Shown piece by piece: positions 47,635 to 57,715 of a DNA stretch of 64,000 nt. The position numbers and the translations under genes were made by a program. A model generated the notes under the pieces. That model worked only from the letters and a program-made list of their open reading frames with translations. It was not told the origin of the DNA and ran no database searches. Positions within the stretch are counted from its first letter, which is position 1. Each line of letters starts with the position of its first letter. This DNA comes from Candidatus Obscuribacterales bacterium (GTDB taxonomy: Bacteria > Cyanobacteriota > Vampirovibrionia > Obscuribacterales > Obscuribacteraceae): the NCBI GenBank assembly GCA_965228855.1, contig CBDDIJ010000002.1, forward strand, positions 1,120,001 to 1,184,000, read 5' to 3'.

Positions 47635-49383
47635 ATGGCGGACGAGACGACTATGGACCCGGAAAAGGTCAGTGAGTGGAATGAGCACATTCAGACGGCG
47701 GAGCGAGCTCAGCGCGCCGCCAAGTACGATTACGCCGAAGCGACCTGGATGCTGGCGGTCGAAGAGGCTGAGTCGTTTGGCACTCGCGATGCCCGGCTCG
47801 CTTATAGCTTAGAGAAGTTGACCGAATGTCTCTGGTTTCAAGGGCGGCTCGAAGAGGCGCTTCACTACGGCGCTCGCGGGCTGCAAATTTACGAGGCCGC
47901 TCTGGGGACGAGCCACAATGACGTAGGTTCTATGGCTTACAACGTGGCGATGATTTACCACATGCTCAGCTATTTCGATGAGGCTGAGAAGCATTACAAG
48001 CGCGCCCTGGCAATCAAGACGGGCACGCTTGGCGCCAAGCACCCGGATGTCGTGAAGGTCTTGAGTTCGTTCGCGGATTTGCTGGTCAAACTGGGACGGG
48101 AAGAAGAGGCAAGTCAGTTGCGCGCCACTGAGAAGGTCGTAACGGCGGCAAACTGGAGCCAGACTAACTCCGGGCGAGACGTGGGCGGGCAGGCTCTCGG
48201 CTTTGCGCAATCGCTGGGGGCGGTGTCCGGCAGCTATCCACCCTACCGGCCGGGGGCGGCAGTCTCCGGCTCGTATCCGCCTGTCCCTCCGCCCGGTGCT
48301 GTGTCGGGCGCTAACCCGCAGGTCTCCGGAGTCGCTTCCGGCGCGTATCCTCCGGTGCAGGGCGCGGTCTCCGGTGCTCACCCTCCGGTGCAAGCTCGGT
48401 CGAATGCGGACTCAGGGGTCTATCCGCAACCGGTTGTAGAAGGTCCGGTCAAGCCTGCGCACTCATCTTTGATAAAACAGATCAGGCGCGCCAGCGCAGA
48501 CAGCCCGTATGCACAGGGTATTCAGCCGCCACCTGGCGGTCTGGGAGCGCCAGGCTCCGCCGAAGGTTCGACTGTTTCGACCGGTGCTGCTGCCGCGGCG
48601 CCGGCCGCCCCGTCGACCTGGTATTCCAATGCCGCGACAGACAAATACCTGGCAAAAAGTGCGAGACTGGCGTTGCCGATTTCCGGTCACTACGGCAGAA
48701 CGTGGGAGGACCTGAAACGCCACGCTGAAGCTGGGCTTGCTGAAGGAAACCTGGTGCAAGCCGAAGGTGCCTGGAGAGAGGCGATGCCGCTTGCAAAAGG
48801 CGACAATCCCGACAACCCTTCGTATTGCTATGTGTTGGAAACGCTTGGCGAGGTCTATCTTCGCTTGAAAAATTACGAGCGTGCCGAGGATTGTCTTTGC
48901 ACCGCATACGGTATCAAGAAGCGAGTACTCGGCGATGAGCATGGCGCGGTCGCCGGTGGAGCGAGTAACCTGGCCAGGCTGTTTTACGTTATTCACCAGT
49001 TCGCCGAAGCTGAGGAGTATTCGCACGAGGCGGTCAAGATTCAGGAAAAACTGTTGGGTCCGAACAGCATCGAAGCTGCAACCGCTATGCACAATCTCGC
49101 CACTGTGTATCATGTGCAAAAGAAATACGCACAAGCAGAGCCGTTTTACGAACGAGCAATGAAGATCAAACAGCTGCAACTGGGCGGCGACCATCCTGAT
49201 ACTGTGCGGATTTTGAAAAGTTACGCCGCGCTTTTGCGCTCAACGCACCGCGAAGAACAGGCTGATATGTTGGATAACTGCGTCACCGGCATGATCAGTG
49301 GACGTTGGCGCGCGGTAGAGATCAAGCCGAAGGACACGCCGGAAGAAGGTTGGTGGAAGCAAGATCTGTTTGGTGACGAATAG
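47635..49383 (+). CDS. TPR protein (kinesin-light-chain-like) with central SGxYP repeat linker
   Basis: Two homologous TPR blocks (LGxxHPD) separated by GAVSGSYPP-type repeats. Confidence 0.88.
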   Translation: MADETTMDPEKVSEWNEHIQTAERAQRAAKYDYAEATWMLAVEEAESFGTRDARLAYSLEKLTECLWFQGRLEEALHYGARGLQIYEAALGTSHNDVGSMAYNVAMIYHMLSYFDEAEKHYKRALAIKTGTLGAKHPDVVKVLSSFADLLVKLGREEEASQLRATEKVVTAANWSQTNSGRDVGGQALGFAQSLGAVSGSYPPYRPGAAVSGSYPPVPPPGAVSGANPQVSGVASGAYPPVQGAVSGAHPPVQARSNADSGVYPQPVVEGPVKPAHSSLIKQIRRASADSPYAQGIQPPPGGLGAPGSAEGSTVSTGAAAAAPAAPSTWYSNAATDKYLAKSARLALPISGHYGRTWEDLKRHAEAGLAEGNLVQAEGAWREAMPLAKGDNPDNPSYCYVLETLGEVYLRLKNYERAEDCLCTAYGIKKRVLGDEHGAVAGGASNLARLFYVIHQFAEAEEYSHEAVKIQEKLLGPNSIEAATAMHNLATVYHVQKKYAQAEPFYERAMKIKQLQLGGDHPDTVRILKSYAALLRSTHREEQADMLDNCVTGMISGRWRAVEIKPKDTPEEGWWKQDLFGDE

Positions 49384-49384
49384 C

Positions 49385-50062
49385 CTAATCAGGCTTGCCG
49401 TGATTTCGGATTATTGAAACAACGATGGCGACAGCGGCTAAACCAAGCGCTGCCAGAGAAATCGTCCAGACGATATTGACGAAGCCGTGGACGGCCGGCG
49501 ATCGGGTCTGATCCAGATGTGACGCTGTCGCGCGTTTTGGTTCCACTTCAAATGATTTGAAGAACTCTGCGACATTCGGTTTATCCTCACCCGCGTTTGC
49601 GTAAAGGTTGTAGACGACATCGTCCGTATCGGCGATTGCCACGAGCAATGTCAGAACGACGCGATCAGATGTTTTAAACACAACGCGCTTGCCGTGCCAG
49701 CCTTTGCCTTTTACAGGAGTGATGTCTTTTGATACCTGCTTATCTTCTTTACTGGTGAACTTCGCTTCGGCTGCGGAAATTATCTGTTGGGTGATGTTGT
49801 CGTGAGAGGCGGGCTTCTTGTCCTTGTCGACGTAAATCCCGTCTGCAAGAGCATATGCGACCTTTTCGTCGTCTATCTGTTGGTATATTTTGGTTGTTTG
49901 CCCCATGAAGTTTTCGTACTTTTCATGCAGCTTGGCAGGCATGAGGACTCTAAAATCTTGCGCGGGAGAAACAAATTCTTTCCAGCCGTCAGGCGTTTGA
50001 GCAAACGCCGTAAGCGTCGCGAGGGCGAAAAGCACAACCAGCGTAGACAGTGTTTTTAGCAT
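49385..50062 (-). CDS. Exported protein with C-terminal membrane anchor
   Basis: Signal peptide AFA; WKEFVSP..FRVLMP; C-terminal TM helix; start placed at ATG 50062. Confidence 0.72.
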   Translation of the reverse strand: MLKTLSTLVVLFALATLTAFAQTPDGWKEFVSPAQDFRVLMPAKLHEKYENFMGQTTKIYQQIDDEKVAYALADGIYVDKDKKPASHDNITQQIISAAEAKFTSKEDKQVSKDITPVKGKGWHGKRVVFKTSDRVVLTLLVAIADTDDVVYNLYANAGEDKPNVAEFFKSFEVEPKRATASHLDQTRSPAVHGFVNIVWTISLAALGLAAVAIVVSIIRNHGKPD

Positions 50063-50191
50063 GTAGGCGTAGTCTATCACGAGCGCAATTCTTAGGGTTA
50101 TACAAAGGGTCGAACGTATTGCCGTTCGAGGTAATAGAATAGTCGAGATCAAAACGGCGGCGTTGTTCGGCACGGCGAACTGGAGGCTGGA

Positions 50192-50713
50192 ATGGGCAGA
50201 CTATCGACACTAAACTTCAAGCAGTGGATTGATGAAAATCGGCACCTATTGAAGCCGCCGGTGGGCAACAAGCTGATCTGGGAAGAGCGCGAATTTATCG
50301 TGATGGTCGTGGGCGGACCCAACTCTCGCACCGATTATCACGTCAATCAGGGTGAAGAGTTTTTCTATCAAGTTGAGGGCGACATTGTTCTCAAAGTTAT
50401 TGATGAGGGAAAGCCGGTCGACATCAACATTCGCCAGGGTGACATATTCCTTCTGCCGGGTGGCGTGCCGCACTCACCGCAACGTCCGGCAAACACCGTC
50501 GGTCTCGTGATCGAGCGGAAGAGGCTGCCTGACGAGAAAGACGGTTTCGAGTGGTACTGCGATAAGTGTGGGACAAAGCTCTACGAAGAGTATTTCGAAT
50601 TGACCAATATCGTCACTCAGTTCCAGCCTATTTTTGAACGTTTCTACAGCAACGAAGAAAATTGCACTTGCAAAAATTGCGGTCAGCGTATGCAAAAGCC
50701 GGAGAAAAAGTAG
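50192..50713 (+). CDS. nbaC: 3-hydroxyanthranilate 3,4-dioxygenase
   Basis: LKPPVGNK, GGPNSRTDYH, EEFFYQ, PHSPQR, two CxxC motifs. Confidence 0.96.
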   Translation: MGRLSTLNFKQWIDENRHLLKPPVGNKLIWEEREFIVMVVGGPNSRTDYHVNQGEEFFYQVEGDIVLKVIDEGKPVDINIRQGDIFLLPGGVPHSPQRPANTVGLVIERKRLPDEKDGFEWYCDKCGTKLYEEYFELTNIVTQFQPIFERFYSNEENCTCKNCGQRMQKPEKK

Positions 50714-50730
50714 TGATAACCAGCGCCGTT

Positions 50731-52035
50731 ATGTTTGAAAACAGCGAAGCTTTTGCGCGCGAATTGGACTCGAAGGACGAGTTATCATCGTTGAGAGAAG
50801 AGTTTTTCATACCGACGCGCGAATCGATGGCTGGGAAAACGAAGCCCGCGATTGCGCAGCCGGAGGGCGAAAAGTGTGTTTATCTTGCGGGCAATTCGCT
50901 TGGTTTGCAGCCGCGCAACGTTCATAAGTACATCAGTGAGGAACTGGAAGACTGGGCGAGCTTCGGTGTTGAAGGTCATTTCCATGGGCGACATCCCTGG
51001 TTGCCTTACCACGAATTTTTGACCGAGATGAGCGCGCGAATCGTGGGCGCTAAGCCGGTGGAAGTCGTCGTGATGAATACACTCACTACGAATCTGCACT
51101 TGATGATGGTTTCGTTTTACCGGCCGGACAAGAAGCGATTCAAGATTCTTGTCGAGCAGGGCGCGTTTCCATCGGATCAATATGCGGTTGCTTCGCAAGC
51201 AGATTTTCACGGTTTTAATTCTAAGGATGCAGTGATTGAGTTGAAACCGCGTGATGGCGAGGACCTTCTGCGAACGGAAGATATTCTCGATGTGATCGAG
51301 CGTGAAGGTGACACTATTGCACTGGTTCTTCTCGGCAACGTGAATTACTTGACCGGGCAGGCGTTCGAAGTTGTACCAATTGCCGAAAAGGCTCATGAGA
51401 AAGGTTGCTACATTGGTTTAAACCTGGCGCATGGTGCTGGTAATCTGCACCTTCAGCTGCATGACTGGAATGTGGATTTTGCGGTGTGGTGCAGTTACAA
51501 ATATCTGAATTCGGGTCCGGGCAGTCTGGCCGGATGTTTCGTTCATGAGCGCCACAGAGACAACTTTGATCTTCCCCGTTTTGCCGGTTGGTGGGGACAT
51601 AATAAGGAAACGCGATTCCGCATGGGACCAGAGTTTGAGCCGCTTCCAGGTGCCGAAGGCTGGCAATTGAGTAATCCGCCTATATTCCAGTTGGCTGCTC
51701 TGCGAGCCTCTCTCGAATTATTTGATAAGGCTGGCATGAAACAGTTGCGCGCCAAAGGCGACTTGTTGACGGGTTATCTGGAGTTTCTCCTCAAGGATAC
51801 ACCTGCCGGTTATCTATCGATCATTACACCTGCTGATCCGGCTCAGCGCGGATCACAACTATCCATCAGATTCTCCTCTAACCCAAAGGAGATGCTGAAG
51901 GCGTTCAAAGACGAGGGGGTTATTTGCGATTTCCGCGAACCCGACATTATTCGTGCGACTCCGGTGCCGATGTACAACACATTTTTAGATGTTTATCGCT
52001 TCGCATCAATCATTCGCCGTTTCGCCTCCAAATAA
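50731..52035 (+). CDS. kynU: Kynureninase
   Basis: YLAGNSLGLQP, FPSDQYA, WCSYKYLNSGPG, GWWGH, SNPP. Confidence 0.96.
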   Translation: MFENSEAFARELDSKDELSSLREEFFIPTRESMAGKTKPAIAQPEGEKCVYLAGNSLGLQPRNVHKYISEELEDWASFGVEGHFHGRHPWLPYHEFLTEMSARIVGAKPVEVVVMNTLTTNLHLMMVSFYRPDKKRFKILVEQGAFPSDQYAVASQADFHGFNSKDAVIELKPRDGEDLLRTEDILDVIEREGDTIALVLLGNVNYLTGQAFEVVPIAEKAHEKGCYIGLNLAHGAGNLHLQLHDWNVDFAVWCSYKYLNSGPGSLAGCFVHERHRDNFDLPRFAGWWGHNKETRFRMGPEFEPLPGAEGWQLSNPPIFQLAALRASLELFDKAGMKQLRAKGDLLTGYLEFLLKDTPAGYLSIITPADPAQRGSQLSIRFSSNPKEMLKAFKDEGVICDFREPDIIRATPVPMYNTFLDVYRFASIIRRFASK

Positions 52036-52100
52036 TAAACAGGCGAGAACGGCTAATAGAGCGCAGTTTAGAAACCAACAGCAGACCAGAGGAATAAAAT

Positions 52101-53588
52101 ATGAGCGACGCCGTTGAAACGAGAAACGTAGATGTTCTGATAGTCGGCGCCGGGCTGGTTGGCTCGCTGGCAGCGATCTACATGGCGAAGCGCGGGTTCA
52201 ACGTCGAAGTGTACGAGCGCAGACCGGACATGCGGACAGTTGAAATCAGCGCCGGGCGCTCGATAAACCTGAACCTCTCGTGCCGCGGTATCGAAGCTTT
52301 GAAGCGAATTGGTATCGCCGATGATGTCTTGGCGGAAGTCGTTCCTATGATGGGACGCATGATGCACGCTCGTGATGGAGCTCTCACGTATCAGCCCTAC
52401 GGCAAGGATGATACTGAATTTGGCAATTCAGTATCGCGCGGTGGGTTGAACAAAATGCTTATGGATATTGCCGAGGAGACCGGCACAGTCAAATTCCACT
52501 TCAACTGGAAAGCCGACGACGCAGATTTCGATTCGAATACCATGACGTTCACGAACGAGCAGGGTGAGAAAATCGAAGTGCGTGCGTCTGTGATTATCGG
52601 CACGGATGGAGCTGCTTCGGCTGTGCGTCGCGAGATGCTCAAGCTTGATGGCTACGAAAGTACTGTCGAACCTCTCGATTACGGCTATAAGGAACTGTAC
52701 ATCGCGCCCAATGCGGACGGCAGTTTCAAAATTGAGAAGAATGCTCTTCATATCTGGCCCCGTGGCACATACATGCTGATAGCCTTGCCGAACTTTGACG
52801 GCAGTTTTACGGTCACCTTGTTCTTGCCATACAAAGGGGAATTGAGTTTCGAGAAACTCACGACTGAGGAATCCGTTCGCGAGTTCTTCACTGAGCACTT
52901 TCACGATGCGACAGAGCTGATGCCGGATCTGGTCGAAACATTTATGAACAATCCGACCGGGCACATGGAGACGATCAAAACTTTTCCGTGGAATGTCGGT
53001 GGTCAATGCGTCCTCATGGGTGATGCCGCCCATGGTGTCGTGCCCTTCTTCGGGCAGGGCATGAATTGCGGTTTCGAAGACCTCACCGTTTTTGAGGAAT
53101 GCATTGCCGATCATCTGGCGAACGGCGGTTCTCTGTATGTTGAGCGCCGGTTGCGGACCGATGAAGAGCCTCGAAAAACCGCTCGCTTGCAATTGGAAGG
53201 TGAATCGAATTGGCAGAAACTGTTTGAAGACTTCGCCAATCGCCGTAAAGAAAATTGCGATGCGATTGCGGACATGGCTGTGGAAAACTTTATCGAGATG
53301 CGCGACAAAGTGGGAGATCCGAAGTTCTTGCTGGCGAAGGCCGTTGAGAAAATTCTTGAGAAACGATTCCCCGGACGATATGTTTCTCGCTATTCGCTGG
53401 TGACGTTCTCTAACGTTCCGTATAAACTGGCTAAGGACGCCGGAATTATCTGTGATGAAATTCTTGCTGAGTTGGTGAGCGGAATTGATAAGGCTGAGGA
53501 TGTAGACTTGAAAAAGGCAGAGAAGCTGATTGATGAGAGGCTTGCTCCGATGCTTTTGAAGCGTCCTGAACTGGCTCATCAAGCCTGA
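52101..53588 (+). CDS. kmo: Kynurenine 3-monooxygenase
   Basis: GAGLVG, GRSINL, NALHIWPRG, GDAAHGVVPFFGQGMNCGFED, NFIEMRD. Confidence 0.96.
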   Translation: MSDAVETRNVDVLIVGAGLVGSLAAIYMAKRGFNVEVYERRPDMRTVEISAGRSINLNLSCRGIEALKRIGIADDVLAEVVPMMGRMMHARDGALTYQPYGKDDTEFGNSVSRGGLNKMLMDIAEETGTVKFHFNWKADDADFDSNTMTFTNEQGEKIEVRASVIIGTDGAASAVRREMLKLDGYESTVEPLDYGYKELYIAPNADGSFKIEKNALHIWPRGTYMLIALPNFDGSFTVTLFLPYKGELSFEKLTTEESVREFFTEHFHDATELMPDLVETFMNNPTGHMETIKTFPWNVGGQCVLMGDAAHGVVPFFGQGMNCGFEDLTVFEECIADHLANGGSLYVERRLRTDEEPRKTARLQLEGESNWQKLFEDFANRRKENCDAIADMAVENFIEMRDKVGDPKFLLAKAVEKILEKRFPGRYVSRYSLVTFSNVPYKLAKDAGIICDEILAELVSGIDKAEDVDLKKAEKLIDERLAPMLLKRPELAHQA

Positions 53589-53599
53589 TTGCAGAGAGC

Positions 53600-54208
53600 G
53601 TGGTAAAAGACGACACCGCCGATAACATTTCGACTCCGATGGATTTTTCGCCATTCGATCCGCTTATGAACTTGGAAGCGGTTGCTGAGGTGATTAAGAC
53701 CATCCGCCACCTGTCCTGGTCTTACGCCGGTGATATTGCTCGCACTGTGATCAAGTGTGGCAAAACATTTCTTGCCGGTCGGTTTGTTGTTTGCGTTTGT
53801 TCAGATGACTGTATTGAAGTCTATGAGTACACGGACGGCACAGTGCCTCCGTTGCAGAAGTATTTTGAATCTGAGAGCGGTCAGGCGTTTTTGCGACATT
53901 GTCTGGAACTCGCACCGGATTACGTTTCGCTTGACAAGAATGAAACTGATGGAATTCCTGATGAACTCTGCGAACCGGCGAGTTATGTTTTCCCGCTGAG
54001 ACATCAATACGAGAAGCGTCATGTCGTGAAGCCGGGATTGCTCCTCATGCAGGAGCCGCTTGGATTGGCGCGTTGGAACAAGCGGTTTCTCGACAGCGTT
54101 CTGGTCGTTGCCGAATATCTTGCTATGGTGATCGAGTGCGAGCGGCTTTATAAACTGGTCAATGAGCCCGAGAAGCCTGATGAGAAGCTGGAAGATGTCG
54201 GGGGCTAG
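53600..54208 (+). CDS. Stand-alone GAF-like domain protein
   Basis: YVFPL...GLLLMQE...RW.....LVVAEYLAMVIE pattern; GTG start. Confidence 0.6.
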   Translation: MVKDDTADNISTPMDFSPFDPLMNLEAVAEVIKTIRHLSWSYAGDIARTVIKCGKTFLAGRFVVCVCSDDCIEVYEYTDGTVPPLQKYFESESGQAFLRHCLELAPDYVSLDKNETDGIPDELCEPASYVFPLRHQYEKRHVVKPGLLLMQEPLGLARWNKRFLDSVLVVAEYLAMVIECERLYKLVNEPEKPDEKLEDVGG

Positions 54209-55353
54209 ACGACGCGCTCTAGTTTGTTGAGTTTTTCGACGACATCTTTTGCTTCGACTCGAATGCGCCATTCATTATCGAGGAGTAGAACGGCATTACC
54301 CGTTATCGCCGAGCCAATCATGCCGATGCTGCTTTCGGCAAGGGCGCGGGGAAGGGTCTCAATCCACTTCAATTGTTCGTGTGAGAGTTTTGTAGTGGCA
54401 GTGACAATTGTTTCAACTAAAGTGAACAGATAAACAGGCATCTCAATGAGCCCGAGAAGCAGAGAAAGGAGAAAGACCGAGAACATTATCTGCATCGGTT
54501 TTCTAATAAAAATCACAATCATGTCCGCGAGACCTTTTCGGTAGGTCGATTCGGAAATCAGAAAGTGATAAGCCGCCACCAGGTTCGCGATCTTGATCAT
54601 GCGAAACGGCATGTACCAGGCGATCAAGAAACCTAGATATAAACCGGTGACGCCGAGCAACTCCTCCGTTTTTCGGACCTGTTGAGCCATTACATCCTGG
54701 CTCATGAGTACCAGAGCTGTAGCGCACGCGATTTCCAGGAGATCGATCATTATGGTCGGCCAGAAAAGCACGATGAGTTTAAACCGATACGCCGCTTTGA
54801 GCGCCGATTGCAAGGTCGGCTCTCGGCCGGACATATTCAGCCAATGCGCGTAACACGCTGCTCGAATCAGGAAGACGGAGCCGGTTATTGCAAGCATGCC
54901 GGCAATCATGATCGACGCGCGTACTGCGAAGGAGCCGGTCGGCGCCCATAAGTTCTCAACTGCTTCTACTAAAACTTCCCAGCAGAAAACATACAAAAAT
55001 TCGGGAAACAGATACAGTCCGGCAAATAATTTCCAGTTGGATCTCCAGATGCGCGCAGATCGACCGAGGATGTCTCCGATGGATAGTGACATTCTGGGCA
55101 GTTCATAATCGATTGTCGCCGTTGGTTTGAGTTTGGCGAATTGCATTGGTGATACCGCAAATGGTGGCAATCGTGGAATCGGTTTCGATCTATCATACTT
55201 GATTTGCGATGCCGAAGCTTTTTCGCGGTCCTGACCCAAATGCTGGTTTGGTTTCGGAACACTTGCACGGTTTGGACGTCGATTTCCGTGAAAGTGCATT
55301 GACGGGGCTTTGAGGCGGTCTGAGTCTGCTATATATGGGTGACGGCCGGGCAT
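54205..55353 (-). CDS. Integral membrane protein
   Basis: LSIGDILGRSARIWRSNW followed by several TM helices. Confidence 0.72.
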   Translation of the reverse strand: MPGRHPYIADSDRLKAPSMHFHGNRRPNRASVPKPNQHLGQDREKASASQIKYDRSKPIPRLPPFAVSPMQFAKLKPTATIDYELPRMSLSIGDILGRSARIWRSNWKLFAGLYLFPEFLYVFCWEVLVEAVENLWAPTGSFAVRASIMIAGMLAITGSVFLIRAACYAHWLNMSGREPTLQSALKAAYRFKLIVLFWPTIMIDLLEIACATALVLMSQDVMAQQVRKTEELLGVTGLYLGFLIAWYMPFRMIKIANLVAAYHFLISESTYRKGLADMIVIFIRKPMQIMFSVFLLSLLLGLIEMPVYLFTLVETIVTATTKLSHEQLKWIETLPRALAESSIGMIGSAITGNAVLLLDNEWRIRVEAKDVVEKLNKLERVV

Positions 55354-55457
55354 AAACTCACTATCAGCTCCCTGCGCCGTTGAAGCCGTCCAGTCAAGTC
55401 AACCGTCATCCAGCCAGTCAGAAACCCGGATACCCTTACTAGCTTCGAGCCTTCGCA

Positions 55458-57086
55458 ATGATTCCACACGAAGAGACTGTAGTCGCAGCCAGACCGGACC
55501 CCTACGTGGGGAAGGTCATCGACAAGTACAAACTTGTTGAACGGCTCGGCGCCGGCGGAATGGGGCTGGTTTATCGAGCGGAGCAGGCTCGCATGGACCG
55601 ATGTGTCGCGATAAAGCTCTTGCCGTTTACCCTTGTTAACGACGAGGTGAATGTCAAGCGTATTGAGCGTGAGGCGAAAGCGATGGGTAATTTACGCCAT
55701 CCCAACATCGCCACTATTTTCGATTTCGGTTTTTCAGAAGAGTATCAGCCGTATCTCGTTATGGAACTGATTGCCGGTCAGAGCCTCGGCAAACTTATTC
55801 ATCACCAGCGTTCGATCGAGCCTCAACGCGTCGTGCGCATAATGGCGCAGGCCGCCGACGCCATGGATTATGCGCATCGTCATAACATTATTCATCGCGA
55901 TTTGAAGCCGGATAACATCATGCTCGACAATGAGCATACCGAGGATTTCGTGAAGATTCTCGACTTCGGTATCGCCAAATCTGTTGATGAAGCTGTCAAC
56001 TTGTCGCAGTCATTGACGCGTCCGGGGACGGTGGTGGGCAGCCCGCTCTATATGAGCCCCGAGCAGTGTGTCGGTCAGAAATTAGACATCACGAGCGATA
56101 TTTATTCGCTTGGTGTAATCATGTACGAGATATTGACGGGAACGGTTCCCAGCAAAGGTGCCACCATATATGAAACCATTTGCAGAAAGACGACAGAGCC
56201 GCCGCCGCCATTTCCTGAACAGTTTGCCGAGTTTAGAGAATTGGAAGCGCTGACGCTGTCGTGTCTTGCCACGTTGAAAACGGACAGACCGGAGAGCATG
56301 GCTGAAGTGCGCGATCGTTTGCGGGCTATGAGTTCTACGACTCTGGACATGCCCTCTTCCATTACGATTTCTACATCCGCTGTGTCTGAGCCGGTTGTGG
56401 CGGAACCGCTTGTCGCGACTTCGTCTCCGGAGGACCAGCAAACCACGGAAGAGATGATGGCTCGGACCGCTCCGGTGAAGCTGGTTGAGGAAGTCACGGT
56501 TGTCGATGTGGTGAAGCTGGCTGGGACAACTGGACCGACGCGTATCCAGGCGATGTTGAAACCCAAGAGTCCAAAGTTGATTGCGGCTTTTCTGGGTTTT
56601 GCAGTAGTGTCGATAGCAGGTCTCTACGCGATTTTGCATCAGGGTTCCGACTCAGTGGTTAGTGATGGAACTCGAGCGCAATCTTCGGCGGCATCTCCGT
56701 CTGAACTGAGACGCTCTGGTCGACCCGCTGCCGCTGAGACTGTGTCGGTCGCCAAGCCCGCTGCGGAGGCAAAATTGAACGCCGCTAGCGGTTTGTCAGA
56801 AGAGCAGATTGGAAAGACGTCGTCTGGACCTGCAGGGAGAACGAATTCCGGTCAGGGTGTGGCGAAATTGCCCGCCGTGGCTCCTCAGGCAGCCGCTTCG
56901 AGCGTGCCCGCGAGGGCTCCGGCTCGTAAGATCAAGGCTGCGCCGAAAAGTGCTCCGAAAACTGCTCCCGCTCGAACTTCACGCGCTCGGCGAGAGAGCC
57001 GACCCGCAGAAAAGCAGAAACGGTTTCTAAAAGTGCCTCGCCCCGTCGGGCGGTTTTTCAGGCATTTGCGCGAGGGACGTTTTTAA
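55458..57086 (+). CDS. Membrane-anchored Hanks-type Ser/Thr kinase
   Basis: GAGGMG, HRDLKPDN, DFG, GSPLYMSPE; one TM helix, then a basic disordered tail. Confidence 0.94.
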   Translation: MIPHEETVVAARPDPYVGKVIDKYKLVERLGAGGMGLVYRAEQARMDRCVAIKLLPFTLVNDEVNVKRIEREAKAMGNLRHPNIATIFDFGFSEEYQPYLVMELIAGQSLGKLIHHQRSIEPQRVVRIMAQAADAMDYAHRHNIIHRDLKPDNIMLDNEHTEDFVKILDFGIAKSVDEAVNLSQSLTRPGTVVGSPLYMSPEQCVGQKLDITSDIYSLGVIMYEILTGTVPSKGATIYETICRKTTEPPPPFPEQFAEFRELEALTLSCLATLKTDRPESMAEVRDRLRAMSSTTLDMPSSITISTSAVSEPVVAEPLVATSSPEDQQTTEEMMARTAPVKLVEEVTVVDVVKLAGTTGPTRIQAMLKPKSPKLIAAFLGFAVVSIAGLYAILHQGSDSVVSDGTRAQSSAASPSELRRSGRPAAAETVSVAKPAAEAKLNAASGLSEEQIGKTSSGPAGRTNSGQGVAKLPAVAPQAAASSVPARAPARKIKAAPKSAPKTAPARTSRARRESRPAEKQKRFLKVPRPVGRFFRHLREGRF

Positions 57087-57093
57087 CTAAAGG

Positions 57094-57681
57094 CTATTGA
57101 ACGCCGAAGTACGAGGGTTCGTTACCGGCTTTCCATTTGATGTTGCAACCGGTGCTTGGTTTCTGTTCTTCGGAAACGGGCTTGTCGGCGAGCGCGGCAT
57201 CAACGGCAGCGCGCAAATCCTTACCGTTGATTGGCTCAGTGTTGCCTCTGCGACTGTCATCAAATTGGCCGCGGTAAATCAATTTGCGGTCTTTGTCGAA
57301 CAGGAAGAAATCTGGCGTGCATGCTGCCGTGTAGCGTTTGGCCACATCTTGAGTTGCATCGAAGCACAGAGGGAACTTGAAGTTCATTTTTTCAGCGTAC
57401 TCTTTCAATTTTTCCGGTGAGTCTTCCGGATAGGCTTCGGCATCGTTGCTTGAAATGCCGATGATGCCGATGTCTTTGGCTTCATAGTCGTGTGAGAATT
57501 TCGCCAGTTCGCTTTCGATGTGTACGATGTATGGGCAATGTTTGCACATGAAAATGACCAGCATGAGCTTCTTATCGGAGAAACTCTTGTCAGTAAATTC
57601 CTTACCTGTGACGACATCTTTCAAGGAAAATTCCGGGGCTTTTGTGCCCAGGGATAGCATTGTCGAGTATGTCAAAACCAT
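57094..57681 (-). CDS. Thioredoxin-fold (AhpC/TSA-like) protein
   Basis: APEFSL, CKHCPY, SSND, AACTPDFFLFD, YRGQFDD, GCNIKW; RBS GAGG before ATG 57681. Confidence 0.9.
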   Translation of the reverse strand: MVLTYSTMLSLGTKAPEFSLKDVVTGKEFTDKSFSDKKLMLVIFMCKHCPYIVHIESELAKFSHDYEAKDIGIIGISSNDAEAYPEDSPEKLKEYAEKMNFKFPLCFDATQDVAKRYTAACTPDFFLFDKDRKLIYRGQFDDSRRGNTEPINGKDLRAAVDAALADKPVSEEQKPSTGCNIKWKAGNEPSYFGVQ

Positions 57682-57715
57682 TGAGCGCACCTCTTTGAGA
57701 ACCGAATTAGAGATT

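Noticed and set aside
52428..53654. 408-aa antisense ORF over kmo, and the many antisense ORFs over the giant protein and xdhB
   Set aside because: Shadow ORFs expected from codon bias opposite well-supported genes; no motifs.
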